Source of the DNA: an uncultured Alphaproteobacteria bacterium
Lineage (GTDB): Bacteria > Pseudomonadota > Alphaproteobacteria > Caulobacterales > Maricaulaceae
Length of the DNA stretch: 46,432 bases
NCBI GenBank assembly: GCA_963922935.1
Contig: CAWUKE010000001.1
Span: 1 to 46,432 of the forward strand
Direction of reading: 5' to 3'
In this document: piece after piece, positions 19,707 to 30,565 of the stretch
How the letters are laid out: each line of letters starts with the position of its first letter
Numbering within the stretch: the stretch's first letter is position 1
The notes under the pieces: generated by a model
Database searches by the model: none
Seen by the model: only the letters and a program-made list of their open reading frames with translations
What the model was told of the DNA's origin: nothing
Made by a program: the position numbers and the translations under genes

Positions 19707-20786
19707 ATGACGCAGATATTTCCAGTCATAATGTGTGGGGGTTCAGGAACCCGGTTATGGCCTGTATCCCGGAAGAAAGCCCCCAAACAATATCAACCGA
19801 TTATGTCAAAGCGTACGATGTTGCAGGAAACAATTCTGCGTATCCATGCCTCTGAAAACCCAACCGTCAAAAACGCGAGTCTTGTTTGTTCTGAAACCCA
19901 TCTCGACACCGTTCAAAAGCAATTCCTTGATATTGAGAAAACGCCCCACAAAATTATTCTGGAACCTATTGGTCGAAACACAGCCCCGGTGGCCGCTATC
20001 ATTTCTGAGGAGTTTAAAGACGAGGACGAAGGCCTGATTTTGCTCTTACCCGCAGACCATCACATTGCAGACCCCTCTGGGTTTTGGGACGCTGTTGAAG
20101 CGGGCATTGAGTCAGCCCGACAGGGTAATTTGGTGACGTTTGGAATCCAGCCGAGACACGCCGAGACGGGTTACGGATATATTCAAGCGGGTCAGTCGCT
20201 CACAGCCCGATGCGTTCAGGTGGCCGAGTTCGTCGAAAAACCTGACCTCAGCACGGCGAAATCTTACTTGGAGGCAGGGACATATTTCTGGAATGCGGGG
20301 ATTTTCTTATTTTCGCCTCGGGCGATGATTTCCGCTTTCGAAGCGCATGCGCCTGATATTCTCGAGGCCTCAAGGCAAACCCTGTCTGTCTCGGTCCGAC
20401 GGGATATTGTTGTCCATCTGGATCGCGATAAATTTCAAACCTGTCGCAACGAATCCATTGATTATGCGATCATGGAAGCTGCTAAAAATGTCACGATGGT
20501 CTGCCCCGTTTCAATTGGCTGGAATGATATTGGCTCTTGGGAAGCGCTGCGAAACTATAGGGTTCCCGACGCGAAAGGGGTTGCTGAAATCGGTGATATT
20601 ATATCGATCAATTGCAAGAATTCCCTATTTCGATCGGACGGCCCTATGGTAGCCGCGATCGGTTTGGAAAACATCATTATTGTTGCAACAGGCGACACTG
20701 TTCTGGTGGCTAAGGCCGACGATACCCAATCTGTCAAAGACATTGTCGAAAAGCTTAAGGCGGAAAATCGCCAGGACCTTCTATGA
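19707..20786 (+). CDS. manC: mannose-1-phosphate guanylyltransferase (monofunctional, no C-terminal PMI cupin)
   Basis: PVIMCGGSGTRLWPVSR..PKQ, LEPIGRNTAP, PADH, FVEKP, SIDYAIME and WNDIGSW motifs; ~359 aa. Confidence 0.93.
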   Translation: MTQIFPVIMCGGSGTRLWPVSRKKAPKQYQPIMSKRTMLQETILRIHASENPTVKNASLVCSETHLDTVQKQFLDIEKTPHKIILEPIGRNTAPVAAIISEEFKDEDEGLILLLPADHHIADPSGFWDAVEAGIESARQGNLVTFGIQPRHAETGYGYIQAGQSLTARCVQVAEFVEKPDLSTAKSYLEAGTYFWNAGIFLFSPRAMISAFEAHAPDILEASRQTLSVSVRRDIVVHLDRDKFQTCRNESIDYAIMEAAKNVTMVCPVSIGWNDIGSWEALRNYRVPDAKGVAEIGDIISINCKNSLFRSDGPMVAAIGLENIIIVATGDTVLVAKADDTQSVKDIVEKLKAENRQDLL

Positions 20787-21940
20787 CCGAGCAGGCGTTC
20801 AAGGATAAAGCGACGCAGCTAAAGGACTGGACGCACCTGGCGCTTGAAAGTTGGGCTATTGCGGCTCGCGACCCTCGAGGCGGATTTTGCGAACAAAGAC
20901 ACCCGGATGGTCAGGCGGACTTTGATCACATCCGGCGCGTTAGAGTTCAAGCGCGCCTCACCTATGTCTATGCCCATGCCGCCCATTTGAATTGGTATGA
21001 CGGCGCGAAAGCGGCCTGCGATCAGGCGTGGAATTTTGTGGTGACCGCCGGGATGCAGGGCGGCGATCATGGCTGTGCCCACCTTGTTTATGGCGATGGT
21101 CGACTGAAGGACGGTCTGCGCGATCTTTATGCGCAGGCCTTTATTCTGCTGGCAGGGGCTTGGCGCTACCGGGCCTTCGGGGATCAGGTTGCGCTGTCTG
21201 TTGCCGAAGAGACGCTATCCTTCATTGATAAGACATTGAGGGCGGACAATGGCGGATGGTTGGAAAGTTGGCCGCTGCGTGAGGGACCGCGACGACAAAA
21301 CCCACACATGCATCTTTTTGAAGCGTTTATCGCTTTGTACGATGCGACGCAGAATTCCAAATATCTGGACTATGCCGACCATATATATGCGCTATTCAAA
21401 GCCCATTTTTGGGATGCGGAACAAAAGGTCCTGCTCGAATTTTTCGAGGATGATTGGTCTCCCGCGGGTGATGGCGGGCCGGTCGAGCCTGGGCATATGA
21501 TGGAATGGTGTTGGTTATTAGGGGAATATCAGCGCGTTTCAGGTAGGGATATGAGCCACTATTGTGATGCTCTTTTTAGAGCCGGGCTAGAGCGGGGTCT
21601 TGATAAGAAAAGCGGTCTCATCTGTGATGTCGTCTCACTCAAACCGGAGGGCGCGATGGCGCCGACTTTCAGAAGCTGGCCTCAAACAGAGCTTCTTAAA
21701 GCCGCTATCGCGCAAGCCAGAAGGGGTCACAGAAACGGATTAGAGTGGGCCAATAAGACGATCGACAACTTGATGATGCGATATTTAAATGTCGATGTGC
21801 CAGGTGGGTGGGTGGATACGTTGGATGCGGCTTACAGGCCGGTCAATTATATTATGCCATCCAGTACATTTTATCATTATTTTTGTGCCGCAGCGGAAGT
21901 CGACGCGCTTCGTAAAGAGCTGGTGAACAACGCGTTGTAA
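20783..21940 (+). CDS. AGE-family epimerase/isomerase, probable type III mannose-6-phosphate isomerase
   Basis: RRVRVQAR, DLYAQAF, QNPHMHLFEA, EPGHMMEW, WPQTE and SSTFYH motifs; ATGA-coupled to manC. Confidence 0.85.
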   Translation: MTEQAFKDKATQLKDWTHLALESWAIAARDPRGGFCEQRHPDGQADFDHIRRVRVQARLTYVYAHAAHLNWYDGAKAACDQAWNFVVTAGMQGGDHGCAHLVYGDGRLKDGLRDLYAQAFILLAGAWRYRAFGDQVALSVAEETLSFIDKTLRADNGGWLESWPLREGPRRQNPHMHLFEAFIALYDATQNSKYLDYADHIYALFKAHFWDAEQKVLLEFFEDDWSPAGDGGPVEPGHMMEWCWLLGEYQRVSGRDMSHYCDALFRAGLERGLDKKSGLICDVVSLKPEGAMAPTFRSWPQTELLKAAIAQARRGHRNGLEWANKTIDNLMMRYLNVDVPGGWVDTLDAAYRPVNYIMPSSTFYHYFCAAAEVDALRKELVNNAL

Positions 21941-21944
21941 AACT

Positions 21945-22931
<987 letters not shown>

Positions 22932-23080
22932 TTAGAAAAGCAGATTGATCGCCTGGATAGAAGCCTACTGATGATTGCGCTCAGCTTTTCAAGTTGAAAA
23001 GTCTGTATGTGGGGCTGCAATCCTATACGGTGCGGGACACCGCCCTTGCCAGAAACGAGTCCGTAAGCGACAGGGCAACC

Positions 23081-24151
23081 ATGTCTGCGATGGATAATCA
23101 AAGCTCGGGTTTACCACTCCCTGAAACAAGTCGCCCGCTTGTGCTCGATGTGGACGGCACGATGATCCGGTCGGACATTACGCATGAAATGCTATTTGAG
23201 GGGGCGAAGCGGAGGCCTTGGGCGATCCCGAAAATGGTGTGGTTGGGGCTGAAGTCAAAACCGGCGCTCAAACAATATCTCGTGGCGCGGATTGGTCATC
23301 ACCTCGCCATTGAACATGTTCCGCTAGAACCGAAAGCGGTGGCGCTCGCCAACGCGGCGAAGGCGCAAGGGCGGGCGGTTTATCTCTGTTCCGGCTCAGA
23401 GGAATCGCTCGTGAAACGCCTCGGCGCGATATTGCCTTATGTCGATGACAGCTTCGGCACGACGCCCGATTATAATATGACCTCGAAGAATAAGGCCGCG
23501 TTCTTGTCGGATCGTTTTCCGGAGGGGTTCGACTATGCGGGAAACTCCACGCAGGATTATGCCGTCTGGGCGGTCGCGCAGAAAGCCTACGCCATCCGCC
23601 CGCCACATGACACGAAATTTCGGACGTCGGCAACGGGGGAGCCGGTGGAGATACTGGAAGAGCGAGGGCTGCAGCTGCCGAAAGGCTGGACTTCCGGTGA
23701 TATGTGGTATGCTGTGATGCCCGGCCTGTTTATCGCCGTGCTGATTTATATGGTGGAGTGGCGAAATCAAACGATAAACCCGAGCGAAATTTTCGCGCAA
23801 TTTGATGTGCGGTGGCTCGGCGGACTCTTTGGGCTTTTCTTCCTGACTTACACGCTCGATGCGTTTCGCGGGATGGCGAATGTTCACCGATACCGCCAAG
23901 ATCCAGGCGAGCGCGAACGCTCCTTCGCGGCAGGTCACCTATCCTTTAAGTTTGGCATGGTGGCTGGGCTGGTTTGTCTGATGATTGCTTTAGGGTTCAG
24001 TGCGCTGGCAGCCGGGCCAGTGATCAGTGCGATCTTGGTAGCCATCCTGATCGCGGCATGGATCGGTCACGATCGCGGTCCAGTAATGAAATGGGCGGTG
24101 CGGATTGTTCAAGCTGGATTGATTGTCTTGATCGCTGCGCTGTTGACCTAA
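23081..24151 (+). CDS. HAD-like hydrolase fused to a shortened, degenerate UbiA-like membrane domain
   Basis: PLVLDVDGTMIRSD and FDYAGNS..D motifs (the HAD domain of HAD-UbiA fusions); a C-terminal hydrophobic region with a remnant RQDPGERERSFAAG. Confidence 0.75.
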   Translation: MSAMDNQSSGLPLPETSRPLVLDVDGTMIRSDITHEMLFEGAKRRPWAIPKMVWLGLKSKPALKQYLVARIGHHLAIEHVPLEPKAVALANAAKAQGRAVYLCSGSEESLVKRLGAILPYVDDSFGTTPDYNMTSKNKAAFLSDRFPEGFDYAGNSTQDYAVWAVAQKAYAIRPPHDTKFRTSATGEPVEILEERGLQLPKGWTSGDMWYAVMPGLFIAVLIYMVEWRNQTINPSEIFAQFDVRWLGGLFGLFFLTYTLDAFRGMANVHRYRQDPGERERSFAAGHLSFKFGMVAGLVCLMIALGFSALAAGPVISAILVAILIAAWIGHDRGPVMKWAVRIVQAGLIVLIAALLT

Positions 24152-24164
24152 TCCGCCCCCGCCC

Positions 24165-24183
24165 TTGCATCCGAACCCAAAAT
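24165..24183. promoter_or_regulatory. putative operator copy 1 (TTGCATCCGAACCCAAAAT), overlapping a possible -35 of the symporter promoter
   Basis: 17/19 identical to 27029-27047; TTGCAT-N18-TAGGGT promoter-like arrangement. Confidence 0.6.
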
Positions 24184-24233
24184 CCTCCTAGGGTTAGTCC
24201 AAGGGGACATTTCGCGATAAGGGGATCAACCAC

Positions 24234-25862
24234 GTGCAAAGTAGCTTCGGTCTTTTGAACTGGGCCATTGTCGCCGCTTACCTCGTCGGCAATCTCTATC
24301 TGGGCTACCGGATGAGCCGCCGGGTGGCCAATGCACAGGACTATTATCTGGGCGACCGTTCAACGCCCTGGTGGGCGATCGGGATTTCGGTGGTCGCAAC
24401 CTACGTTAGCGCTCTATCGTTCTTAGGCGGTCCGGCCTGGGCTTATGGCGACGGCATGGCGGCGCTGGCGATCCATGTGAACTATCCCATCGTGATCTTT
24501 GTGGTCGTCGCCGTGTTTCTCCCGTTTTTCTTCAATAGCGGCGTGGCGTCCATCTATGACTATTTGGAGCGCCGGTTCGGGCGGTCGTCCCGCACGGTGA
24601 TGAGCATCCTCTTCCTGATCACGCAAAGCATCACAACGGCCTCAATTCTAACAGCCACAGCCGTCGTCATCACCTTTGTCACGGGTCTCGATCCGCGCTG
24701 GGCGGTCGTCATTATGACAGGGATCGTGTTGGTCTATACGCTGATGGGTGGCATGAATGCCGTCATCTGGACGGATGTCTTGCAAGGGATCATCCTCTTT
24801 ATCGGCGCGGGGCTCGTCCTCTATTTCCTGCTCGATGCGGTCAGTCCGCTATCCGGTGCAATGGAAACGCTGGCCAGTGAAGGTAAGCTCAACCCGCTTC
24901 GCACCGAACTCGATTTCACCGTGGCTCCGACCGTTTGGGCAGGCGTACTCGCCATGACTCTGTTCCACATCACCGTCTACGGCACGAACCAAATGATGGT
25001 GCAGCGCGCATTGGCGGCCAAGACATTAGGCGACGCGAAGAAAAGCTACCTGATGATGGGCTATGGGGCCTTCTTTATCTATTTTCTCTTCTTCTTCGTT
25101 GGCGCGCTCCTCTTTGTGCATTTTAAAGGCGCGCCCTTTGATCAGCCCAATGAGATCATCTTGCGCTTCTCTGAGAGCCTCGCCGTGCCAGGCCTGATGG
25201 GCATTCTAGCGGCGGCTGTCCTGTCAGCGTCCATGTCGAGCCTCTCCTCGGCGCTCAATAGCTTGGCCACGATCAGCGTCACAGACTTTTGGAAACCCTT
25301 TGTGCGTAAAACGGATAATGAGTTGAAGCTGTCACGGATATTCACGACGCTTTGGGCGCTGCTCGTCATTCCGATGGCCTTTGCCTTTATCAGCAGCGGC
25401 GGGTCGATCCTGGAGGCGCTGTCGCGCGCCGGGTCTTACTTTGTCGGCGCGAAGTTGGCGCTCTTTGGTATGGGCTTCTTTTCCAAACATGTCAGCGAAC
25501 GCGGCCTGCTGATTGGGGTCGCCGCGGGCTTTATCGGGATGATCATCTTTGTCGGCTTTGGGGGTCTGCTCGGTGTTGGTGGCTTATTCCCGGAAATCGC
25601 CTGGCCCTGGTATGTGGCGATTGGCGGCGTCATCAATATTGCCGTCGCGTGGATCGCCTCAGTGCTGCTCGATGGGTTCCAGAAAGAGTGGCACCCGCAA
25701 ACTGTGCCGGGTCAGATCAAAGCCTTCCGCGAAAGCGGTCGTGCTCAAAAAGCGGACGGCTGGTACATAGTGCCCGGCAAGATTGACCGGGCAGCGTGGG
25801 GTCTGCCCATCCTCTTTATCGGGATTATGCTGTTCCTCGCCTGGTTCGGGACATTGGGCTAA
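24234..25862 (+). CDS. sodium:solute symporter (SSS family)
   Basis: DYYLGDRSTPWWAIGISVVAT, YDYLERRFG, GGMNAVIWTDVLQ, Q.MVQR.LAAK and SASMSSLSSALNSLAT motifs; many TM segments. Confidence 0.95.
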   Translation: MQSSFGLLNWAIVAAYLVGNLYLGYRMSRRVANAQDYYLGDRSTPWWAIGISVVATYVSALSFLGGPAWAYGDGMAALAIHVNYPIVIFVVVAVFLPFFFNSGVASIYDYLERRFGRSSRTVMSILFLITQSITTASILTATAVVITFVTGLDPRWAVVIMTGIVLVYTLMGGMNAVIWTDVLQGIILFIGAGLVLYFLLDAVSPLSGAMETLASEGKLNPLRTELDFTVAPTVWAGVLAMTLFHITVYGTNQMMVQRALAAKTLGDAKKSYLMMGYGAFFIYFLFFFVGALLFVHFKGAPFDQPNEIILRFSESLAVPGLMGILAAAVLSASMSSLSSALNSLATISVTDFWKPFVRKTDNELKLSRIFTTLWALLVIPMAFAFISSGGSILEALSRAGSYFVGAKLALFGMGFFSKHVSERGLLIGVAAGFIGMIIFVGFGGLLGVGGLFPEIAWPWYVAIGGVINIAVAWIASVLLDGFQKEWHPQTVPGQIKAFRESGRAQKADGWYIVPGKIDRAAWGLPILFIGIMLFLAWFGTLG

Positions 25863-25869
25863 GGGAGGC

Positions 25870-26925
25870 TTAAGGCGCTTTGCCGAAGGTCTGCATCGGA
25901 TCCGGGACGGTGATTGTACCAAGATTGCGCGCTTTGTTAAACTCCCGCAGGCGTGCAAACACGTCTACGCCGACTTGGGCATAGAGATCGAGCAAATCGA
26001 CAAGAACCCAATTTTCGCGGATGAGGCCGTCTTCCATGCGCCAGAAATCCAGACTGCGGAGCAGGACTTCTTTGCCCGCCGGGGCAATGCCCATCCAGCC
26101 ATCTTCTGACAGGGTCAGGCGCATATTCGGCCAGCCTGTCTCGCAGACATAATCACCCTGCGCGAACCAATGGCTCATCAGATCGCCAGCCGCGTCCAAC
26201 TTGCGGTCCGGCATACCACGCAGGAACGGGATCTGGTGCCAATGGCGGAAGCCAGAAATCCCGCGCCCTGTGCCAATACCCGCTGGACCGTACCAATTGC
26301 TTTGCGGGTGCCAGTAAGTCTCGAGTTTCATCACGGCCGGATCAGGCTCTGCCGGGTGCCGACAGAGATCGGTCAACATATTGATGACGTGATCCATGGT
26401 CGCTTGACCATCGCCGGAGACGCGTAATCCATCGCCGCTCATCGGGGCGGGCGTACAAAGAAACTTGCCGAGCTGCGGCGCCATCGGCCAAGCGCCCGCT
26501 TGCATCATCAGTTCAGGAATATCCCAAATGGCCTGCATTTCTGTGATCTGGCCGTCTTCGATGCGGAAGAATTCGTGATAGCGCATATGCGCCAAGTGGC
26601 CCGTCGGCGGAATGTCGAGAAATGGCGCGAGGAACGTGCCCATATAATTGCCCATGCAGCCAATCCAGTCTTGGCCCTCTGGTGTCGTTCCAGCCAATAG
26701 GATCATGTCGCGGCGTTCAAAATCCGGCATCGCCTTTTGCAGCGGGGAGAGGGCAATATCCGCAAAGGCCTTAAATCCAGTCACCGTGCCGAAGGGGTGG
26801 CAAAGATTTAGGGTTGCCTCAGGATGAAATAATGTCGCCGCTTGGGCGTGAGCACTGGCTAAGTCTCCATTGGCCAGACTCTGGCGGAACGGACGGATCA
26901 GGGCTTTCAGGTCATCCGGGGACAC
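25870..26925 (-). CDS. SnoaL-like/ester cyclase (tandem NTF2-like domains)
   Basis: GTFLAPFLDIPPTG...EFFRIEDGQITE...WD and GWMGIAPAGK...DFWRMEDGLIRENWVLVD. TAAGGAG 7 nt upstream of GTG 26925 supports that start. Confidence 0.85.
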   Translation of the reverse strand: MSPDDLKALIRPFRQSLANGDLASAHAQAATLFHPEATLNLCHPFGTVTGFKAFADIALSPLQKAMPDFERRDMILLAGTTPEGQDWIGCMGNYMGTFLAPFLDIPPTGHLAHMRYHEFFRIEDGQITEMQAIWDIPELMMQAGAWPMAPQLGKFLCTPAPMSGDGLRVSGDGQATMDHVINMLTDLCRHPAEPDPAVMKLETYWHPQSNWYGPAGIGTGRGISGFRHWHQIPFLRGMPDRKLDAAGDLMSHWFAQGDYVCETGWPNMRLTLSEDGWMGIAPAGKEVLLRSLDFWRMEDGLIRENWVLVDLLDLYAQVGVDVFARLREFNKARNLGTITVPDPMQTFGKAP

Positions 26926-27028
26926 AGGCTGGCTCCTTAGAAACACGTGAGATCGGGTAGAGGTATAGGCGGCTTCGCACCGACCTCTACCGCTCTATGA
27001 TGCGAAAATACCACAATATTCAAGAAAA

Positions 27029-27047
27029 TTGCATCCGAAGTCAAAAT
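27029..27047. promoter_or_regulatory. putative operator copy 2 (TTGCATCCGAAGTCAAAAT) in the divergent promoter region
   Basis: 17/19 identical to 24165-24183; lies between the divergent ester-cyclase and TonB receptor genes. Confidence 0.6.
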
Positions 27048-27121
27048 TTCCTTGCGCATCTATAATGAGGCGCCCAACGTAGCAAGCAATCCAAAATCAT
27101 GTCGCTGTGCAGGGGAGTCTT

Positions 27122-29584
27122 ATGCGCAAGTCCACTCGGGGTCTTCTTCTTTCATCCGCCATTCTCGCGATCGCTATGCCGGCTCAGGCGCAGATCGAAG
27201 ACGAAATCATCGTCACGGCGACCAAGCGGGCGGAAAGCCTGCAAGATGTTTCGCTGTCCGTTTCAGCCTTTGGCGAAGAACAGATTGAGCGCGCAGGCCT
27301 AGATGACGTCTCACGCCTCGAACTGGTGGTTCCGGGTGTAAACTTCTCATTTGCGGGTAACGATGCGAAATTCAACGTTCGCGGTGCCAACAGTTCCAAC
27401 ACATTTGGCGACAACGCCTCTATCGTTGGTGCTTTCGTCGATGGCGTTTACAAAAACCGCGCTTCGCAACAATCCCGCGCTTTGTTTGATGTCGAGCGCA
27501 TCGAATTCCTGCGCGGTCCGCAGGGCACTCTTTACGGTCGCAACACCTTCGCTGGCGCGCTGAATATCATCACGGCACAGCCAGAGCTTGGCGAAAAATC
27601 AGCCGGTATTGAGGCGACCTATCAGCGCTTTGATCGCCTGACAACAGAGGGCTTCGTCAACATTCCACTGGCTGAAAATGTGGCGCTTCGCGTTGCGGGT
27701 CAGCTCGATAAGGGCGACGGTTATATCATCAACGATGCGGGTCCAGATATTGGCGCCCAAGATGAGCGCGCCATCCGCGCCTCCCTGCTGTGGCAGCCGA
27801 ACGATCAGCTCGACGTCACACTGCGCTTCCAGCACGCCGCAGAAGACGGGCTAGAGGCGGGCCTATTCGGCTATACTTTCCTGTGCCGCACGGAAACGGC
27901 GGACGGCCTGACCGATCCATTTGGCCCTGTCACCAACTGTAACAACCCGGTTCGCGGCTCTGGCGGTCGCGGCACAGCGGCGAATGATCCGAACGGCGGC
28001 GATCCATACCGTATCAGCCAGGACTATGTCCGCCCGGTTGATCTGTTCGAATATGTCTACAGCGCCCATATCGATTATGACTTTGGTCCAGCAACACTGC
28101 GCTCGATCACCAGCTTTACCGACTTCCAGAACGACATTGATTTCGACTTTGACTTCTCGCCCACGCCCAACAGCAACGGCGCCTATGACGAAGAGTTAAG
28201 CGCGTTCACGCAAGAGTTCCAACTGGTTTCCAATGGTCAAGGCCCGCTGCAATATACCGCTGGACTGTTTTACTCCAATGACGAACTGCGTCAGAGCTTC
28301 TCCATCTATCAGCAGACCGCTCGAGATGATAGCACACGGGGATCAGTTGTTGTTCCAGCGATAATCGTCAATGAGATGGGGCAGACTGAAGACATTACTG
28401 CCACTTTGCTGACGGGCACAGATATCGTATCGCGGGATACGGTCATTGGTGGTTTCTTTGCCGACAACGCGGTTGTCGATACGGAGTATTTCGGGATCTT
28501 TGGTGAGCTCGAATATTCAATCAGCGAAAAACTCCGCGTGATCGGTGGCCTTCGTTACAATGACGAAAGTAAAGAACTGTCTTGCGGCGGGTCGAACTTC
28601 TCCGGCGGTGACCGCGTTGTGAATGTGCTGCCAAATCTGGCCGGGGCGTCGCCTGACGTGCTGCCGGTACGCGCGTCGGAAGCCTTTACATTTAACTGTG
28701 ACGCCCGCGATCAGGTTCGCCGTGACCGCTCATATGATAATGTCACGTGGAAGGCGGGCGTGGAGTATGATGTCAATCCAGATGTCATGGTCTACCTCAC
28801 AGGTTCGACGGGGTATCTGTCTGGTGCGGTCTCCACAGGGGCCGAAACGGATGAGCAGGAATCACAAGTCTTCGAAGGCGGCTTCCGCTCACGTCTTCTC
28901 GATGGTGATCTGACACTGAACGGTGCGGTTCACATCACTCAATATGATAATTTGTTGACACAGCGTCAGCGTCCAGAAGGCGGTATCGTTGTGACAGAAT
29001 CCGTCAATGGCGGTGAAATCGATGCCTGGGGCATTGAATTTGATGCAGTCTGGGTTCCGGCGGATAATTGGACCCTGACGGCCGCGATCACTTACCTCGA
29101 CAGTGAGTTTGGAGAGTTTGGTCAGAACAACCCGTATCAAGCCTTCAATGGTCGGGTGGAAGCCACATCTTCGATTGATGATAACGGTGTACGCAGTACT
29201 GGATTATCGAGTATCTTTATCCAGCAAGACGGCAATACCACACCCTGGTCCCCAGACCTGACAGCGGCATTCTCAGCGGCCTACACCTTTGACATGGGTG
29301 ATAAGGGTCAGCTGACTCCGTACGCGCAGTTCTACTACTCTGATGGCTATAACACGTCGAACCTTCTGGCGACGGATCCGAACCAGCAGCAGGATAGCTT
29401 TACCAAGACAGACTTCCGTCTGATTTGGGACGCGCCGGAAGGCAATTACTCTGTCGAGGCTTTCGTTGAGAATCTTGAGGATGAGGCCGTTCTCGCCCGC
29501 GGGAACAATAACTCTGACGATATTGTTCAGACGTCCTTCCTTTATCCGCGCAATTACGGTGTGACCGTCAAAGCGCGCTTCTAG
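27122..29584 (+). CDS. TonB-dependent outer-membrane receptor
   Basis: Signal peptide, TonB box DEIIVTATKR, plug motif ERIEFLRGPQGTLYGRN, C-terminal PRNYGVTVKARF. Confidence 0.96.
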   Translation: MRKSTRGLLLSSAILAIAMPAQAQIEDEIIVTATKRAESLQDVSLSVSAFGEEQIERAGLDDVSRLELVVPGVNFSFAGNDAKFNVRGANSSNTFGDNASIVGAFVDGVYKNRASQQSRALFDVERIEFLRGPQGTLYGRNTFAGALNIITAQPELGEKSAGIEATYQRFDRLTTEGFVNIPLAENVALRVAGQLDKGDGYIINDAGPDIGAQDERAIRASLLWQPNDQLDVTLRFQHAAEDGLEAGLFGYTFLCRTETADGLTDPFGPVTNCNNPVRGSGGRGTAANDPNGGDPYRISQDYVRPVDLFEYVYSAHIDYDFGPATLRSITSFTDFQNDIDFDFDFSPTPNSNGAYDEELSAFTQEFQLVSNGQGPLQYTAGLFYSNDELRQSFSIYQQTARDDSTRGSVVVPAIIVNEMGQTEDITATLLTGTDIVSRDTVIGGFFADNAVVDTEYFGIFGELEYSISEKLRVIGGLRYNDESKELSCGGSNFSGGDRVVNVLPNLAGASPDVLPVRASEAFTFNCDARDQVRRDRSYDNVTWKAGVEYDVNPDVMVYLTGSTGYLSGAVSTGAETDEQESQVFEGGFRSRLLDGDLTLNGAVHITQYDNLLTQRQRPEGGIVVTESVNGGEIDAWGIEFDAVWVPADNWTLTAAITYLDSEFGEFGQNNPYQAFNGRVEATSSIDDNGVRSTGLSSIFIQQDGNTTPWSPDLTAAFSAAYTFDMGDKGQLTPYAQFYYSDGYNTSNLLATDPNQQQDSFTKTDFRLIWDAPEGNYSVEAFVENLEDEAVLARGNNNSDDIVQTSFLYPRNYGVTVKARF

Positions 29585-29593
29585 GCTCTCTCT

Positions 29594-29637
29594 GGGGTCG
29601 AGCCTTTCGGGGGATAGGCTCGACCCCTCTCTTATTT
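29594..29637 (+). terminator. stem-loop after the TonB receptor gene (terminator or mRNA-stabilising hairpin)
   Basis: 12-bp perfect stem GGGGTCGAGCCT/AGGCTCGACCCC followed by TCTCTTATTT. Confidence 0.7.
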
Positions 29638-30565
29638 GACTGTGGGACACGCTGTCGTGACAACGACATCACTTCAATCGCGGATCGTCCGCTACGCCGA
29701 CCTTATTCCGTGTCGGGACGCTTTCATTGACACGCGCACGCCGGGCTCTGACCGGAAAGAAAATTTCACCATCATCGGCCCAGGCGTTTCGGAAAATCCA
29801 AAGCAGCATATTCACATTGCCGAGCCGCATGGCTTTAATATTGGCGGCGCGCGCCAACCGCCGGGTTGCACCAACTCCCAACATAGCCATGAAACGGAAG
29901 AAGTCTTCTTCGTGCATACGGGGACTTGGGCCTTTAGGCTGGGCGAGCATGGCGACATGGCCGAAATCGTTCTTAAGCCAGGCGATTTGATTTCCATCCC
30001 AACGCAGCTTTTCCGTGGCTTTGAGAATATCGGTGAGGATGAAGGCTATCTCTGGGCGATCTTGGGCGGGGATGATCCGGGGCGTGTTCTCTGGGCGCCG
30101 CACGTTTTTGACATGGCCACAGACTATGGTTTGGTGCTGCTTGAAAACGGAAATTTGATTGATGTTGCGGCGGGCCAGATCATACCGTCCAATATGGCCG
30201 CTATGCCGCGCACAACTGCTGCCCAAGTCGCTGCGCTACATACGCTGGATGATGCGGCCCTAGCCCGCTGTTGCGTGCAAGACGGTCAGCCCGGTTCATT
30301 AATTGGCCCTACGGGCGCGCTCAGCTGGGAGCATAGCTTTACCGTCGATCGGCTGCATCTGAAACCCACAGAAAGGTCCGAGACGACGGTCCTGTATCGT
30401 CCCGATGTGCTTTTCGTGCATAAAGGTCAGGTAGACGTGCAGGTGGATGACGAAATGGTGAGCTTACAACCCGGTGACACGTTCACTATCCCGAAAGGGG
30501 CGGTGCGATCTTGGACGTCAAAGGACGGTGCGGACATCCTGCGCGTGTTGGGCCAATGCGCTTAG
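29636..30565 (+). CDS. cupin-domain protein (bicupin-like)
   Basis: NSQHSHETEEVFFVHTG...LKPGDLISIP, plus a second cupin-like VLFVHKG...LQPGDTFTIPKG; start may be GTG 29657. Confidence 0.85.
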   Translation: MTVGHAVVTTTSLQSRIVRYADLIPCRDAFIDTRTPGSDRKENFTIIGPGVSENPKQHIHIAEPHGFNIGGARQPPGCTNSQHSHETEEVFFVHTGTWAFRLGEHGDMAEIVLKPGDLISIPTQLFRGFENIGEDEGYLWAILGGDDPGRVLWAPHVFDMATDYGLVLLENGNLIDVAAGQIIPSNMAAMPRTTAAQVAALHTLDDAALARCCVQDGQPGSLIGPTGALSWEHSFTVDRLHLKPTERSETTVLYRPDVLFVHKGQVDVQVDDEMVSLQPGDTFTIPKGAVRSWTSKDGADILRVLGQCA

